In this document: positions 21,530-30,302 of the stretch, piece by piece
How positions within the stretch are numbered: position 1 is the first letter of the stretch
Layout of the letters: each line of letters begins with the position of its first letter
Assembly: GCA_016937995.1 (NCBI GenBank)
Contig: JAFGVM010000037.1
Coordinates: 1-64,000, forward strand
DNA: 64,000 bases
Direction of reading: 5' to 3'
From: Candidatus Delongbacteria bacterium
GTDB lineage: Bacteria > UBA4055
Program-made: the position numbers and the translations under genes
The notes under the pieces: generated by a model
Seen by the model: only the letters and a program-made list of their open reading frames with translations
Databases searched by the model: none
What the model was told of the DNA's origin: nothing

Positions 21530-21709
21530 CGTAGGGGAAGGTCTCCGCACCTTCCCGTAAACGGAAAACAAGATTGCCACTCCCGATAAATCGGGATCGC
21601 AATGACAGAATGTAAGCGCTAAACATCTTGAGCCCACTACGATAGAAGAGAGACGCTCGTGTAGAGCGTCTATACGGGAATCCGTAAAGACGCCCAACCT
21701 GGGCGTCTC
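21530..21709. repeat. Cluster of REP-like palindromes (GTAG family and GATTGCCAC..TCGCAATGAC family)
   Basis: gtaggggaaggtctccgcaccttcccg; agattgccac-tcccgataaatcggga-tcgcaatgac; agacgctcgtgtagagcgtct; gtaaagacgcccaacctgggcgtctc. Confidence 0.7.
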
Positions 21710-21737
21710 ATAACTTACATAAACAACGGAGGCAACG

Positions 21738-21782
21738 ATGATTGTAACAAACAAAGAACAAAGACGAACAAGGAGCGTATAG
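21738..21782 (+). CDS. Putative leader peptide 3 MIVTNKEQRRTRSV
   Basis: GGAGG RBS; 3' end pairs with an anti-SD segment that also matches the rsgA RBS. Confidence 0.6.
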   Translation: MIVTNKEQRRTRSV

Positions 21783-21894
21783 CTATAATTCAAATATACG
21801 TCTCCTTTGTTGTACAGACACATCACCATGTGTCTCTGAGTCACAATGTGTTGTGACTCTACGAATACAATCAAAAAACGGAGACAAAATTATA

Positions 21895-23028
21895 ATGACA
21901 ACATTAGAACAATACGGCTGGAATGAATTCTTTGAAAACAACTTTCAAAAATATAAAGAATTAAACTATGAACCGGCCAGAGTAACAAAAGAAAGTATAA
22001 ACCAGTATTGGTTAATGACAGAGTCAGGTGAAGTTAAAGCAAAACTGTCGACTAAATTCTTCATGGATACATTCGGGAAGGAACAACTACCTGTCGTAGG
22101 TGACTGGGTGGCTGTTCAGAAGCCTGTGGAAGCTGAGGAATATTTTATAGAAGCTGTTCTACCGAGAAAAACAAGACTGATACGAAAAGGTAAAGATACC
22201 TACGGGAGGAATTTCGTCAAAGCAGGTGATGGTGGTATCAGGATCATTTCCAGCAATATAGATACTGTATTCTATGTGGCATCACTTGATCATAGAGATT
22301 TCAATATTACCAAGATAGAACGATATCTCGTAATGCTCTATGAAAGCGGTGCTCAACCTGTACTGATATTGAATAAGAAGGATATCTGTCCTGAGTATGA
22401 AGAATATATTGAAAAGGTGAAGAACATAGCCGGTGAACTTCCGGTTCTTGCAGTAAGTGCAATTAACTATGATGGATTCGAGGAATTATTCGATTACCTT
22501 GAGGAAGGTAAGACCGTAGCATTCATAGGATCATCCGGAGTTGGTAAATCTTCTATAGTGAATGTATTAATGGGTGAAGATGTAATGTATGTAAGTAATA
22601 TCCGTGAATCTGATAAAAGAGGAAAGCATACAACTACTCATAGAGAAATGATACTTTTCCCTGAAGGTGGCATTCTTATTGATAATCCTGGGATCAGAGA
22701 TCTGAAACCCGTAGCATCTCAGGAAGCATTGGAATCTACTTTTGAAGATATCGTTGAACTTGAAACAATGTGTAAATTTTCAAACTGTACACACAAAAAC
22801 GAACCTGATTGTGCAATAAAAGAAGCACTGGAAAGTGATGAACTTTCAGCGAAGAGATATGAAAACTACCTGAATTTGAAACGAGAAGCTCAATTCTTTG
22901 AAAAACGTGCTGCACAGAGAGAAGAAATTTTGAAAAAAGCTGCTGAACGGGAACAAAAAGGTGGCAAGAAAACAAAGAAACACATGCGTGGCAAAAAGAA
23001 CCGTGACAAATATGTCTATGAACACTGA
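21895..23028 (+). CDS. rsgA: Ribosome small subunit-dependent GTPase A (long paralogue type)
   Basis: LPVVGDWV, LILNKKD, GSSGVGKSSIVN, GKHTTT, IDNPGIR, CKFSNCTHKNEPDCAI; ATG at 21895 after GGAGA. Confidence 0.93.
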   Translation: MTTLEQYGWNEFFENNFQKYKELNYEPARVTKESINQYWLMTESGEVKAKLSTKFFMDTFGKEQLPVVGDWVAVQKPVEAEEYFIEAVLPRKTRLIRKGKDTYGRNFVKAGDGGIRIISSNIDTVFYVASLDHRDFNITKIERYLVMLYESGAQPVLILNKKDICPEYEEYIEKVKNIAGELPVLAVSAINYDGFEELFDYLEEGKTVAFIGSSGVGKSSIVNVLMGEDVMYVSNIRESDKRGKHTTTHREMILFPEGGILIDNPGIRDLKPVASQEALESTFEDIVELETMCKFSNCTHKNEPDCAIKEALESDELSAKRYENYLNLKREAQFFEKRAAQREEILKKAAEREQKGGKKTKKHMRGKKNRDKYVYEH

Positions 23029-23031
23029 TAT

Positions 23032-23222
23032 CGTAAAGACGCCCAACTCGGGCGTCTCTACAACACAGAATGATCAATTTTCAAGGATTCCAGAACCCGC
23101 CTGGATCCCCGTGTCAAGCACGAGGATGACAACGTAATCAGCAGGTCACATTGAGCGGAGTCGAAATGTAGGACCTGTTGATTATGAAAAGTCTTACACT
23201 TCGGCTCCGCTCAGTGTGACTT
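23032..23222. repeat. Cluster of REP-like palindromes
   Basis: gtaaagacgcccaactcgggcgtctctac; ggatccccgtgtcaagcacgaggatgac; inverted pair gtcacattgagcggagtcgaaatgt / acacttcggctccgctcagtgtgac. Confidence 0.7.
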
Positions 23223-23338
23223 TTCATAACTTTCCCCTTTCCCCTTATCCCTACGTTTTTCAATTCTCAATTTTCAATTATCAATTATCAATTAATTTCC
23301 TTATATTTCGAACTTTCCTTAATAAAACAGGAAGTACC

Positions 23339-24709
23339 ATGAATGTATTGATAGCCGGTGGTGGTGAAGTTGGTTATATAATTGCGGAAAGATTGATCAC
23401 GGAAGGGCACAATGTAACGATCATTGAAAGAGATGAAGACAGGGTTGCAACTCTGAACAATGAACTGGATGCTTATGTTGTACATGGAAGCGGGATATAT
23501 GTAAAACGATTAAAACAGGCTAAAATTGAAAAAACAGACTTGTTCTTAGCTTTAACAAATGATGATAATAAAAACATAATATCCTGCTCTCTGGCAAAGA
23601 AATTAACTAACGGACATGCAACTACTATTGCTAAAGTAGAAAATTATATCTATTATTTTTCCGATGACAGAATTTCACCAAAGTACTATGGTATAGATGA
23701 AACTATAGCTTCAACAAGACTTACAATTGACAAACTGCAAGACCTGATCAAAGAACCTGATGCTATTGAAAATATGTACTTTTATGATGATAAAATTCAG
23801 ATAATCGGTGTGAACATCCCAAGAGATTTTTCTCTATCCGGTAAAACCTTTCGGGAAATTGCGATAGAACACCCTGAATGGCAAAAGTCAAAAGTTATCG
23901 CAATCAAGTATGATGAGGGCGTAATGATTCCTACAGGAAATGATACAATTCAACCCGGTGATAAGCTTTACATTATAGGTACAAATGAAATTTTACAGGA
24001 TCTATTGACTCAATATTTTACTTCAAATAAAAAAATAAATGATATTGTGATTTTTGGCGGGAACAGGATCGGAAAGGAATTTGCCCAACTTCAAGCAGCT
24101 AAGGGTAGAAAAGTCACTATCTTTGATGATGACATAAAAGTATGTAAACAACTATCTGAAGAGTTGGAAAACATCCTGATCGTTCATGCTTCAGGAACTA
24201 ATCAAAAAGCTCTTGAAGAAATTAACATGAAAAATGCCTGTGTAGTTTGTGTATCAAATGATGATGAATATAATATTATCTCAGCAGTTTTAGCAAAACA
24301 GAATGGGGCCACAAAAGCAATTTGTAATATCAGGAATCTATCTATAAGTAAGATCGTTAATCAAATATCCGACATTGATTCAGTTTTCTCACCTGAAGAA
24401 TTAACATTGGCAGAAGTACTTAAATATTGCAGAAAGGGAAATATAGTATCGATCACACATATGCCTAACATCAATGCTGAGACTATACAAGCTCAAATAT
24501 CTGAAAAAATATCTATTATAAACAAACCTTTGAAAGAAGTCAAATTTCCAAAAGGTATGATAATAGGAGCTATAATTCGTAATGGTGAAATAATAATACC
24601 AAATGGTAATGATTCAATTAAATTAAATGATATCGTAATAGCTTTCGTTTTACCTGCAGCAAAAAGCTATGCAGAGGATATATTCGCAAAAAATTTGAGC
24701 AAGAGGTAA
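23339..24709 (+). CDS. trkA: Trk potassium uptake NAD-binding subunit
   Basis: MNVLIAGGGEVG and a second RCK IVIFGGNRIG; C-terminal IIIPNGNDSI. Confidence 0.92.
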   Translation: MNVLIAGGGEVGYIIAERLITEGHNVTIIERDEDRVATLNNELDAYVVHGSGIYVKRLKQAKIEKTDLFLALTNDDNKNIISCSLAKKLTNGHATTIAKVENYIYYFSDDRISPKYYGIDETIASTRLTIDKLQDLIKEPDAIENMYFYDDKIQIIGVNIPRDFSLSGKTFREIAIEHPEWQKSKVIAIKYDEGVMIPTGNDTIQPGDKLYIIGTNEILQDLLTQYFTSNKKINDIVIFGGNRIGKEFAQLQAAKGRKVTIFDDDIKVCKQLSEELENILIVHASGTNQKALEEINMKNACVVCVSNDDEYNIISAVLAKQNGATKAICNIRNLSISKIVNQISDIDSVFSPEELTLAEVLKYCRKGNIVSITHMPNINAETIQAQISEKISIINKPLKEVKFPKGMIIGAIIRNGEIIIPNGNDSIKLNDIVIAFVLPAAKSYAEDIFAKNLSKR

Positions 24710-24712
24710 TAT

Positions 24713-26227
24713 TTGAACTGGAAAGCGATCCTTAAAATACAAGGTTTACTTTTAGTAATACTGTCTGTTTCTATGCTTTTCCCAATTGCATTTTCTATTT
24801 ATTACGGATCTTCAGATTTTATAGAACTTTTTTCAGGAATGGCTATAACACTTGTTTCAGGTATTATACTTTCAGTATCTTTCAACTCAAATAAACCCTT
24901 AAAACCTAGAGAGGGTTTTATTATAGTAGCTACAGGTTGGATCATAGCATCCGTTTTTGGAGCTCTTCCCTTTTATTTTCATGAGGCTTTTAACGGGAAT
25001 TTTATAGACTGTGTTTTTGAAACAATGTCTGGATTAACAACAACCGGATCATCTATTTTAGTCGATATTGAAATTCTTCCAAAAGGGTTGTTGTTTTGGA
25101 GAAGTTTTACTCATTGGCTAGGCGGGATGGGAATTATTTTATTGGTTGTAGCGATATTACCTATTCTAGGATTTAATTCTACCAATCTTTACAAAGCTGA
25201 AGTTTCAGGACCTACAAAAGATAGAATAAGCCCAAAGATAAAAGATACTGCAAAAATACTATGGTATATTTATTTCGGTATGACTATCCTACTAACTGCA
25301 CTGCTGATGATCGGTGGAATGGACCTGTTCAATGCACTTTGCCACACTTTTGGAACTTTAGGTACAGGCGGTTTATCGACACTAAACAAATCTGTCGGTG
25401 GATTTAATAATTTATATTTTGAAGTAGTCATTATTATTTTTATGTACTTATCCGGTATGAATTTTTTTCTTCATTACAGTTTGATCAAGGGTAAATTTAC
25501 AGATATATTTTCAAATAGAGAATGGAGATTTTATACGATTTTACTTATCGGATCTACCTTTTTAATATCGCTGAATATTCATTACTACAATTATTCAGCA
25601 GAAATCTTAAATAATAATTCGATACTTTTGTTATACAAAGAAAGTTATGGATTATGTTTAAGACATTCATTCTTTCAAACTATTTCATTGGGAACTTGCA
25701 CCGGTTATACAACCACTAATTTTGATCTATGGCCAAGTTTTTCAAAAATACTTCTCATATCATTGATGTTTATTGGTGGGAGTGCAGGCTCGACTTCAGG
25801 AGGTATTAAACAGATCAGAATAATTATTTTAATAAAATTTGTAATTGTCGAGATAAAAAGATTAATTTACCCTAAAGCTTATTTTTCGGTCAAGGTTGGA
25901 AATCAAGTATATCAAGATCCGGTTTTAAAAAATGTCATCGCATATTTTATAGTTTTTTTATTAGCGTTTGCATCAGTTACTTTAATTCTTACTTTCAGAG
26001 GCTACGATATTGTTACTTCATTTTCTGCTTCTATAGCTACTTTATCAGGAGTTGGACCTGGCTTGGCACGAGTAGGTGCAATAGGAAGTTTTGCGTTTTT
26101 TGATAATTTCTCTAAATTAGTGCTCATATTCAATATGTTAATAGGCAGACTTGAAATTTATTCTGTGCTGATATTGTTTTATACATTGTTTTATCCGGAA
26201 AGATTATTCGTGAAAATGAAAAGGTAA
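24713..26227 (+). CDS. trkH: Trk potassium uptake membrane subunit
   Basis: FETMSGLTTTG, WRSFTHWLGGMG, GGSAGSTSGGIK, GRLEI. Confidence 0.95.
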   Translation: MNWKAILKIQGLLLVILSVSMLFPIAFSIYYGSSDFIELFSGMAITLVSGIILSVSFNSNKPLKPREGFIIVATGWIIASVFGALPFYFHEAFNGNFIDCVFETMSGLTTTGSSILVDIEILPKGLLFWRSFTHWLGGMGIILLVVAILPILGFNSTNLYKAEVSGPTKDRISPKIKDTAKILWYIYFGMTILLTALLMIGGMDLFNALCHTFGTLGTGGLSTLNKSVGGFNNLYFEVVIIIFMYLSGMNFFLHYSLIKGKFTDIFSNREWRFYTILLIGSTFLISLNIHYYNYSAEILNNNSILLLYKESYGLCLRHSFFQTISLGTCTGYTTTNFDLWPSFSKILLISLMFIGGSAGSTSGGIKQIRIIILIKFVIVEIKRLIYPKAYFSVKVGNQVYQDPVLKNVIAYFIVFLLAFASVTLILTFRGYDIVTSFSASIATLSGVGPGLARVGAIGSFAFFDNFSKLVLIFNMLIGRLEIYSVLILFYTLFYPERLFVKMKR

Positions 26228-26229
26228 TT

Positions 26230-26430
26230 TCAATAATCAATCGGATTGTTCCTTATATATTGCCTGATATTATATAATTCTTTTTCATTTCTGATTATTC
26301 TGTCATGGAACGACCGTTGCCATTTGAAATTAATATTTTTGTTTGTTTGATTAATATTTTTGGTTACATAATGTTTGAATGATCGGATGAATTCTGTTAA
26401 ACCATGTAAATTATTAACCCTCCCCTACGG
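26230..26430 (-). pseudogene. C-terminal fragment of a REP-associated tyrosine transposase (RAYT, IS200-like)
   Basis: Start-less frame reads LTEFIRSFKHYVTKNINQ..FKWQRSFHDRIIRNEKELYNIRQYIRNNPIDY*; the N-terminal HUH half is absent. Confidence 0.75.
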
Positions 26431-26530
26431 ATACGGAAAAAATAATTTTTAAAAAAAAGGTGCTCGTACGAGCACTCAAACTTAATCACTAAAAAAATAT
26501 AAATATATATATGAAAAGGTTTTTTTAAGG

Positions 26531-27121
26531 CTACATGAATAGCTCATGATACTCTGTATTCTTATTGTTCAATAGAGCAAATAAATAATTGTCATCAAAT
26601 TTCTGATTTACAAAGTTATAGGAATAATCTTTTAACAAAGCTTCCTGAAAGAATCCGAAATTCCGTACCAGCTGCACTGAAAGATCAGCCTGGGGATTCA
26701 CAATAGACTCAATTCTGTGTAGCTTCATTTTATTAAACCCGAATTCAATTACCGGTGGAAATATCTCTGTCAAATATCCCTGATCCCAGTATTCTCTTTT
26801 TAAAGAATGCCTGATCCCGCACCTGTAAAACCTTCTGAACCAGCATGTATAATTTATCAGACCTATCATTTTATTATTTTCCTTTAAAGCTATGACCCAG
26901 GCAAATCCAAGCTTTTTATCAAATAAAGCTTTTAACTGCTGTAATGTCTTATTTGCTTCTATTATATCTTTCATAATGTCAAGGCCGAAGCATTTTACAT
27001 TATCCTTGTCTGAAAAAAGTTCATGTAGATTTCCCAGGTCAGACTGTTTAATTTGTCTCAATATGCATCTGTCCGTTTCAAATTCCGGGAATCTTTCAAA
27101 TAAATGATCAAAGCACTTCAT
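26531..27121 (-). CDS. RimJ/RimL-family GNAT acetyltransferase
   Basis: FPEFETDRCILRQ, EYWDQGYLTE, FGFNKMKLHRIE, GFFQEALLKD. Confidence 0.85.
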   Translation of the reverse strand: MKCFDHLFERFPEFETDRCILRQIKQSDLGNLHELFSDKDNVKCFGLDIMKDIIEANKTLQQLKALFDKKLGFAWVIALKENNKMIGLINYTCWFRRFYRCGIRHSLKREYWDQGYLTEIFPPVIEFGFNKMKLHRIESIVNPQADLSVQLVRNFGFFQEALLKDYSYNFVNQKFDDNYLFALLNNKNTEYHELFM

Positions 27122-27141
27122 AATTAACCTCTTAATAAATT

Positions 27142-28305
27142 TTATATATAATATTCAAATTTTCTAATTTTTATTTCATCATTGTTATCTATTATGTATA
27201 AATGATCTCCAAGAAATCTGATCGTCATGTTTATACCAAGATCAGTTTCTGTTTTAAACATATCAAGCATTATACTATTTATAAAAACACCATTTTCAAA
27301 TATATCAAAATACAGATCCTTATCATCATCCGTATGTTCTCTTGCGCTCAAAACCCATAATCTACCGAATTTATCTTCCCAAAGTCCATGAACAGCTTTT
27401 CTATAATGAACTTCCGACTTATTTTCTGATATTGTATCATCATTTCTGACAGTTATCTGCCTATTAAGTTTTTGGAGCTCCTGTTCTGTCATTTTAATTT
27501 TTCTATAATGTTTTGATATATCATATTGATCTTTGCCTGAATAGTCATAAACTTTAATTTTATAGTTATCTTCACTAATATCAGCTATATATATATTATT
27601 TTCTGACACTGAATATATCTGCATAAAATCCATCGGGTTAAGTTTGGGTTCTGCAGGATTAAATTCCATCTTTATAAATGTAAGGTCATTAATTTTGTTC
27701 ATTTCAGGATCAAATTTAGAGATCGAGCTTTTCAAGAATACTCTACCTTCTTCTACATCTGCGGTCAGGTCAGTTCCAACCATAAAATTATTTTTGTTTG
27801 ACGGCAAAATAAATTCTGGAGTTCTGTTCCCACATTGTTTACTGTCAATAAAATTACCATCTATATCAAATTTAATTATCTTAAATGTCGACGGATCAGA
27901 TATATATACAATGTCATTTAAAATTACTAAATTCTTTGCCTGTCCATATTCACCCGGACCTGTACCGACATTTCCGAAACTTGTAATGAATTTCCCGTCT
28001 TTGTCGAATTTTTTGATTTTCTGACTGTTATTGTCAACAATGTAAATATTATTTTTGCTGTCTATTGACAAATTTTCAGTTGAGTAGAAAGAACTAAGAG
28101 AATTATCTGACCCATTTTCACCTTTTATTGTAAGAACTTCATTGAATTTGTAATTAAAATCTTTGTTTGCAGGTTCCATTTTATTAATGAAATTTTTTAT
28201 ACCGTTAATTTCTTTTACAGTATAATTTAACTTCTTCTCTTCTTTGTTACTGCAACTAACCAATAATAGTAGTGCGATCATTGTTAATAGTAGATTGTGT
28301 TTCAT
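27142..28305 (-). CDS. 6-bladed beta-propeller (NHL-like) lipoprotein
   Basis: Lipobox LLVSC, IDSKNNIYIVD, FGNVGTGPGEY; ATG at 28305 after GGAG. Confidence 0.75.
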   Translation of the reverse strand: MKHNLLLTMIALLLLVSCSNKEEKKLNYTVKEINGIKNFINKMEPANKDFNYKFNEVLTIKGENGSDNSLSSFYSTENLSIDSKNNIYIVDNNSQKIKKFDKDGKFITSFGNVGTGPGEYGQAKNLVILNDIVYISDPSTFKIIKFDIDGNFIDSKQCGNRTPEFILPSNKNNFMVGTDLTADVEEGRVFLKSSISKFDPEMNKINDLTFIKMEFNPAEPKLNPMDFMQIYSVSENNIYIADISEDNYKIKVYDYSGKDQYDISKHYRKIKMTEQELQKLNRQITVRNDDTISENKSEVHYRKAVHGLWEDKFGRLWVLSAREHTDDDKDLYFDIFENGVFINSIMLDMFKTETDLGINMTIRFLGDHLYIIDNNDEIKIRKFEYYI

Positions 28306-28615
28306 TTTACTCCCTCTCCAGGTTTTTATTTTTTGACACACAATTTTGAATAAAGTTGTCATATAATTTATCAGACAATTTAAATTTAGACACAAACATT
28401 AAATATTTTAATATATTTTCTACCAAATGTTAATTTTATTGATCAAAATGTATTATATCTTCGCGAATTGTTCTGACTCACAGATAATGAAATTTAAAAT
28501 TTCAATTTTATATCTTTTAAACTCTTGATTTTGAATTCTTTTTTATATAGATTATTTCAAAGACTTAAATAATAACTAAATATCAGAACGTATTTTTAAT
28601 TAATAAGGAGTTCGT

Positions 28616-29161
28616 ATGAAAAAACAGAGTATGATCATTGTTATTATCCTTTTCATGAGCACTTTTCTTTATTCGCTTGATTTAAAAAGTAAAGAATATG
28701 ATCTAGGATTTATGGTAGGACTGTGGATGGGAGGAGATGTTAATATTGAAGGCTATTCTGCAGATAAAGATGGGTGTTTACTGATAAGAGGGTTCGCTGA
28801 TGCTTACCTGATCCCCAAATTAGCAATGGGGGCTTATTTCAATTTCTCACCAGCAACGATCGAAACTGAAGATATTACTGTATTCGAATTTGGAGGTTCT
28901 ATCAAACCACGCTTTCTCATTAGAGAAGATCTCGCAATAAAACCAGGTTTGAACATCGGTTACAGAACTGCAAGCGGTGATGAACCTGAAATAGAGATGG
29001 ATGGATTTGCACTAAATCTCAGTATTGAAGTACAAAAAGCTATGGAAACTATGATCCTTAGTTTCGAGGGAGGTTTTTTATCACAACCTGCTGGAGGAAA
29101 CGAGTGGGTTGAAATTAGCTGGGCACCGATCATGTATCTTGGAGCAGGATTAACTTTCTAA
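28616..29161 (+). CDS. Small outer-membrane beta-barrel protein
   Basis: Signal peptide, alternating beta strands, C-terminal YLGAGLTF. Confidence 0.65.
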   Translation: MKKQSMIIVIILFMSTFLYSLDLKSKEYDLGFMVGLWMGGDVNIEGYSADKDGCLLIRGFADAYLIPKLAMGAYFNFSPATIETEDITVFEFGGSIKPRFLIREDLAIKPGLNIGYRTASGDEPEIEMDGFALNLSIEVQKAMETMILSFEGGFLSQPAGGNEWVEISWAPIMYLGAGLTF

Positions 29162-29190
29162 AAAAAAACGATCTTACGATCGCTTTTTTT
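29159..29190. terminator. Bidirectional terminator
   Basis: A-run CGATC-TTAC-GATCG T-run between convergent genes. Confidence 0.6.
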
Positions 29191-30159
29191 CTATGGAAGA
29201 CGCTCTTCCAACGACTTTACATAGACCCTATACCTGCTGTTGACACCTGACGAGTTTGCTATAGTAAAAAGTCCAAAACCATTTTCAACATTAGAATAAA
29301 TATCATTCCCTCCATGAGCTCCGCTGGCCTGAAATTCTCTCATAACATTATCAGTTGCAGAGAATACTATAGTATGCAGACCCTCATGGTAAAACTGCCT
29401 CCAGTATAAAGTAAGATCAAGTATATTATAATCAACAAGGTCTTCCCCATACTTTTTCTTGCTTTTAAACATTTTTGTATAAAGTTCATATTCATCCCAA
29501 TAAACTTTTGTGGTATCTTCCAACCAGAAATTCTGATCAGATTTTAATGTATCATCCGGAACTATCATAAATGAAGCCAATCTATCTTCTTCTAATAAAA
29601 TTTCGGGATCGAAATTGCATTTCAACATCTCATTATCGAAAATACTCTCCCCTCTCCTATATAATAATGTATCTATAACAGTAGGAGCTTGATCTATAGA
29701 AAGAATTGGCAATGAGGTCTCAGGATTAGTGGCAAATATATTGGTCAAAGGCGGAGGACAAACGGTCTGTGCTGAAACAGATATAAAACCGCTATGATAT
29801 GCTTCCAGTTTATACTCGAAGCCAGGTTTAAATCCTCCTGAAAATATCATTCTGTCCAAATAATAAACTCCGGGAGTATCTTCAAACTCCTGAAGTGTTC
29901 CGACCTCTGTAAATAATAGAGAGTCCGGTGCTTTTTCATAAAGTTCAACTGTAGCTCCAGTTATGCCAAGATTATCCATAGTGACCGATTCATTTACAGT
30001 TGCTGTTCTTGAAAGATATAGTTCTGAAATAGTTGAATCTGCCTGAGCAAACAAGTACATGACCATTGTTTCATCATATTCAGTCGATTCTCCATTCTCA
30101 CAGGAAATAAAAGTGAGTAGTAATATTATTGATAAAAGTGTTATAATTGTTTTTTTCAT
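29191..30159 (-). CDS. DUF4249-like lipoprotein partner of the TonB receptor
   Basis: Lipobox FISC, ITGATVEL, C-terminal YSNVENGFGLF; directly downstream of the TBDR. Confidence 0.6.
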   Translation of the reverse strand: MKKTIITLLSIILLLTFISCENGESTEYDETMVMYLFAQADSTISELYLSRTATVNESVTMDNLGITGATVELYEKAPDSLLFTEVGTLQEFEDTPGVYYLDRMIFSGGFKPGFEYKLEAYHSGFISVSAQTVCPPPLTNIFATNPETSLPILSIDQAPTVIDTLLYRRGESIFDNEMLKCNFDPEILLEEDRLASFMIVPDDTLKSDQNFWLEDTTKVYWDEYELYTKMFKSKKKYGEDLVDYNILDLTLYWRQFYHEGLHTIVFSATDNVMREFQASGAHGGNDIYSNVENGFGLFTIANSSGVNSRYRVYVKSLEERLP

Positions 30160-30188
30160 AGTTGTTCTCTTTTTCTTCTCTTCTTTTA

Positions 30189-30276
30189 TGTCATGCTGAT
30201 CCCGATTTATCGGGACAATATCTATCTTTTTATCTTTTTTTGACCCTGTCCCGATGAATCGGGATCAGGGTGACGA
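30189..30276. repeat. Two REP-like elements, each carrying a nested TCCCGATNNATCGGGA palindrome
   Basis: gtcatgctga-tcccgatttatcggga and gaccctg-tcccgatgaatcggga-tcagggtgacgaa. Confidence 0.7.
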
Positions 30277-30302
30277 ACCATTCCTTTGACCCTATACCCT
30301 AA

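Noticed and set aside
21461-21874. 137-aa minus-strand ORF
   Set aside because: It reads through REP palindromes and leader hairpins, with no RBS or recognisable motif
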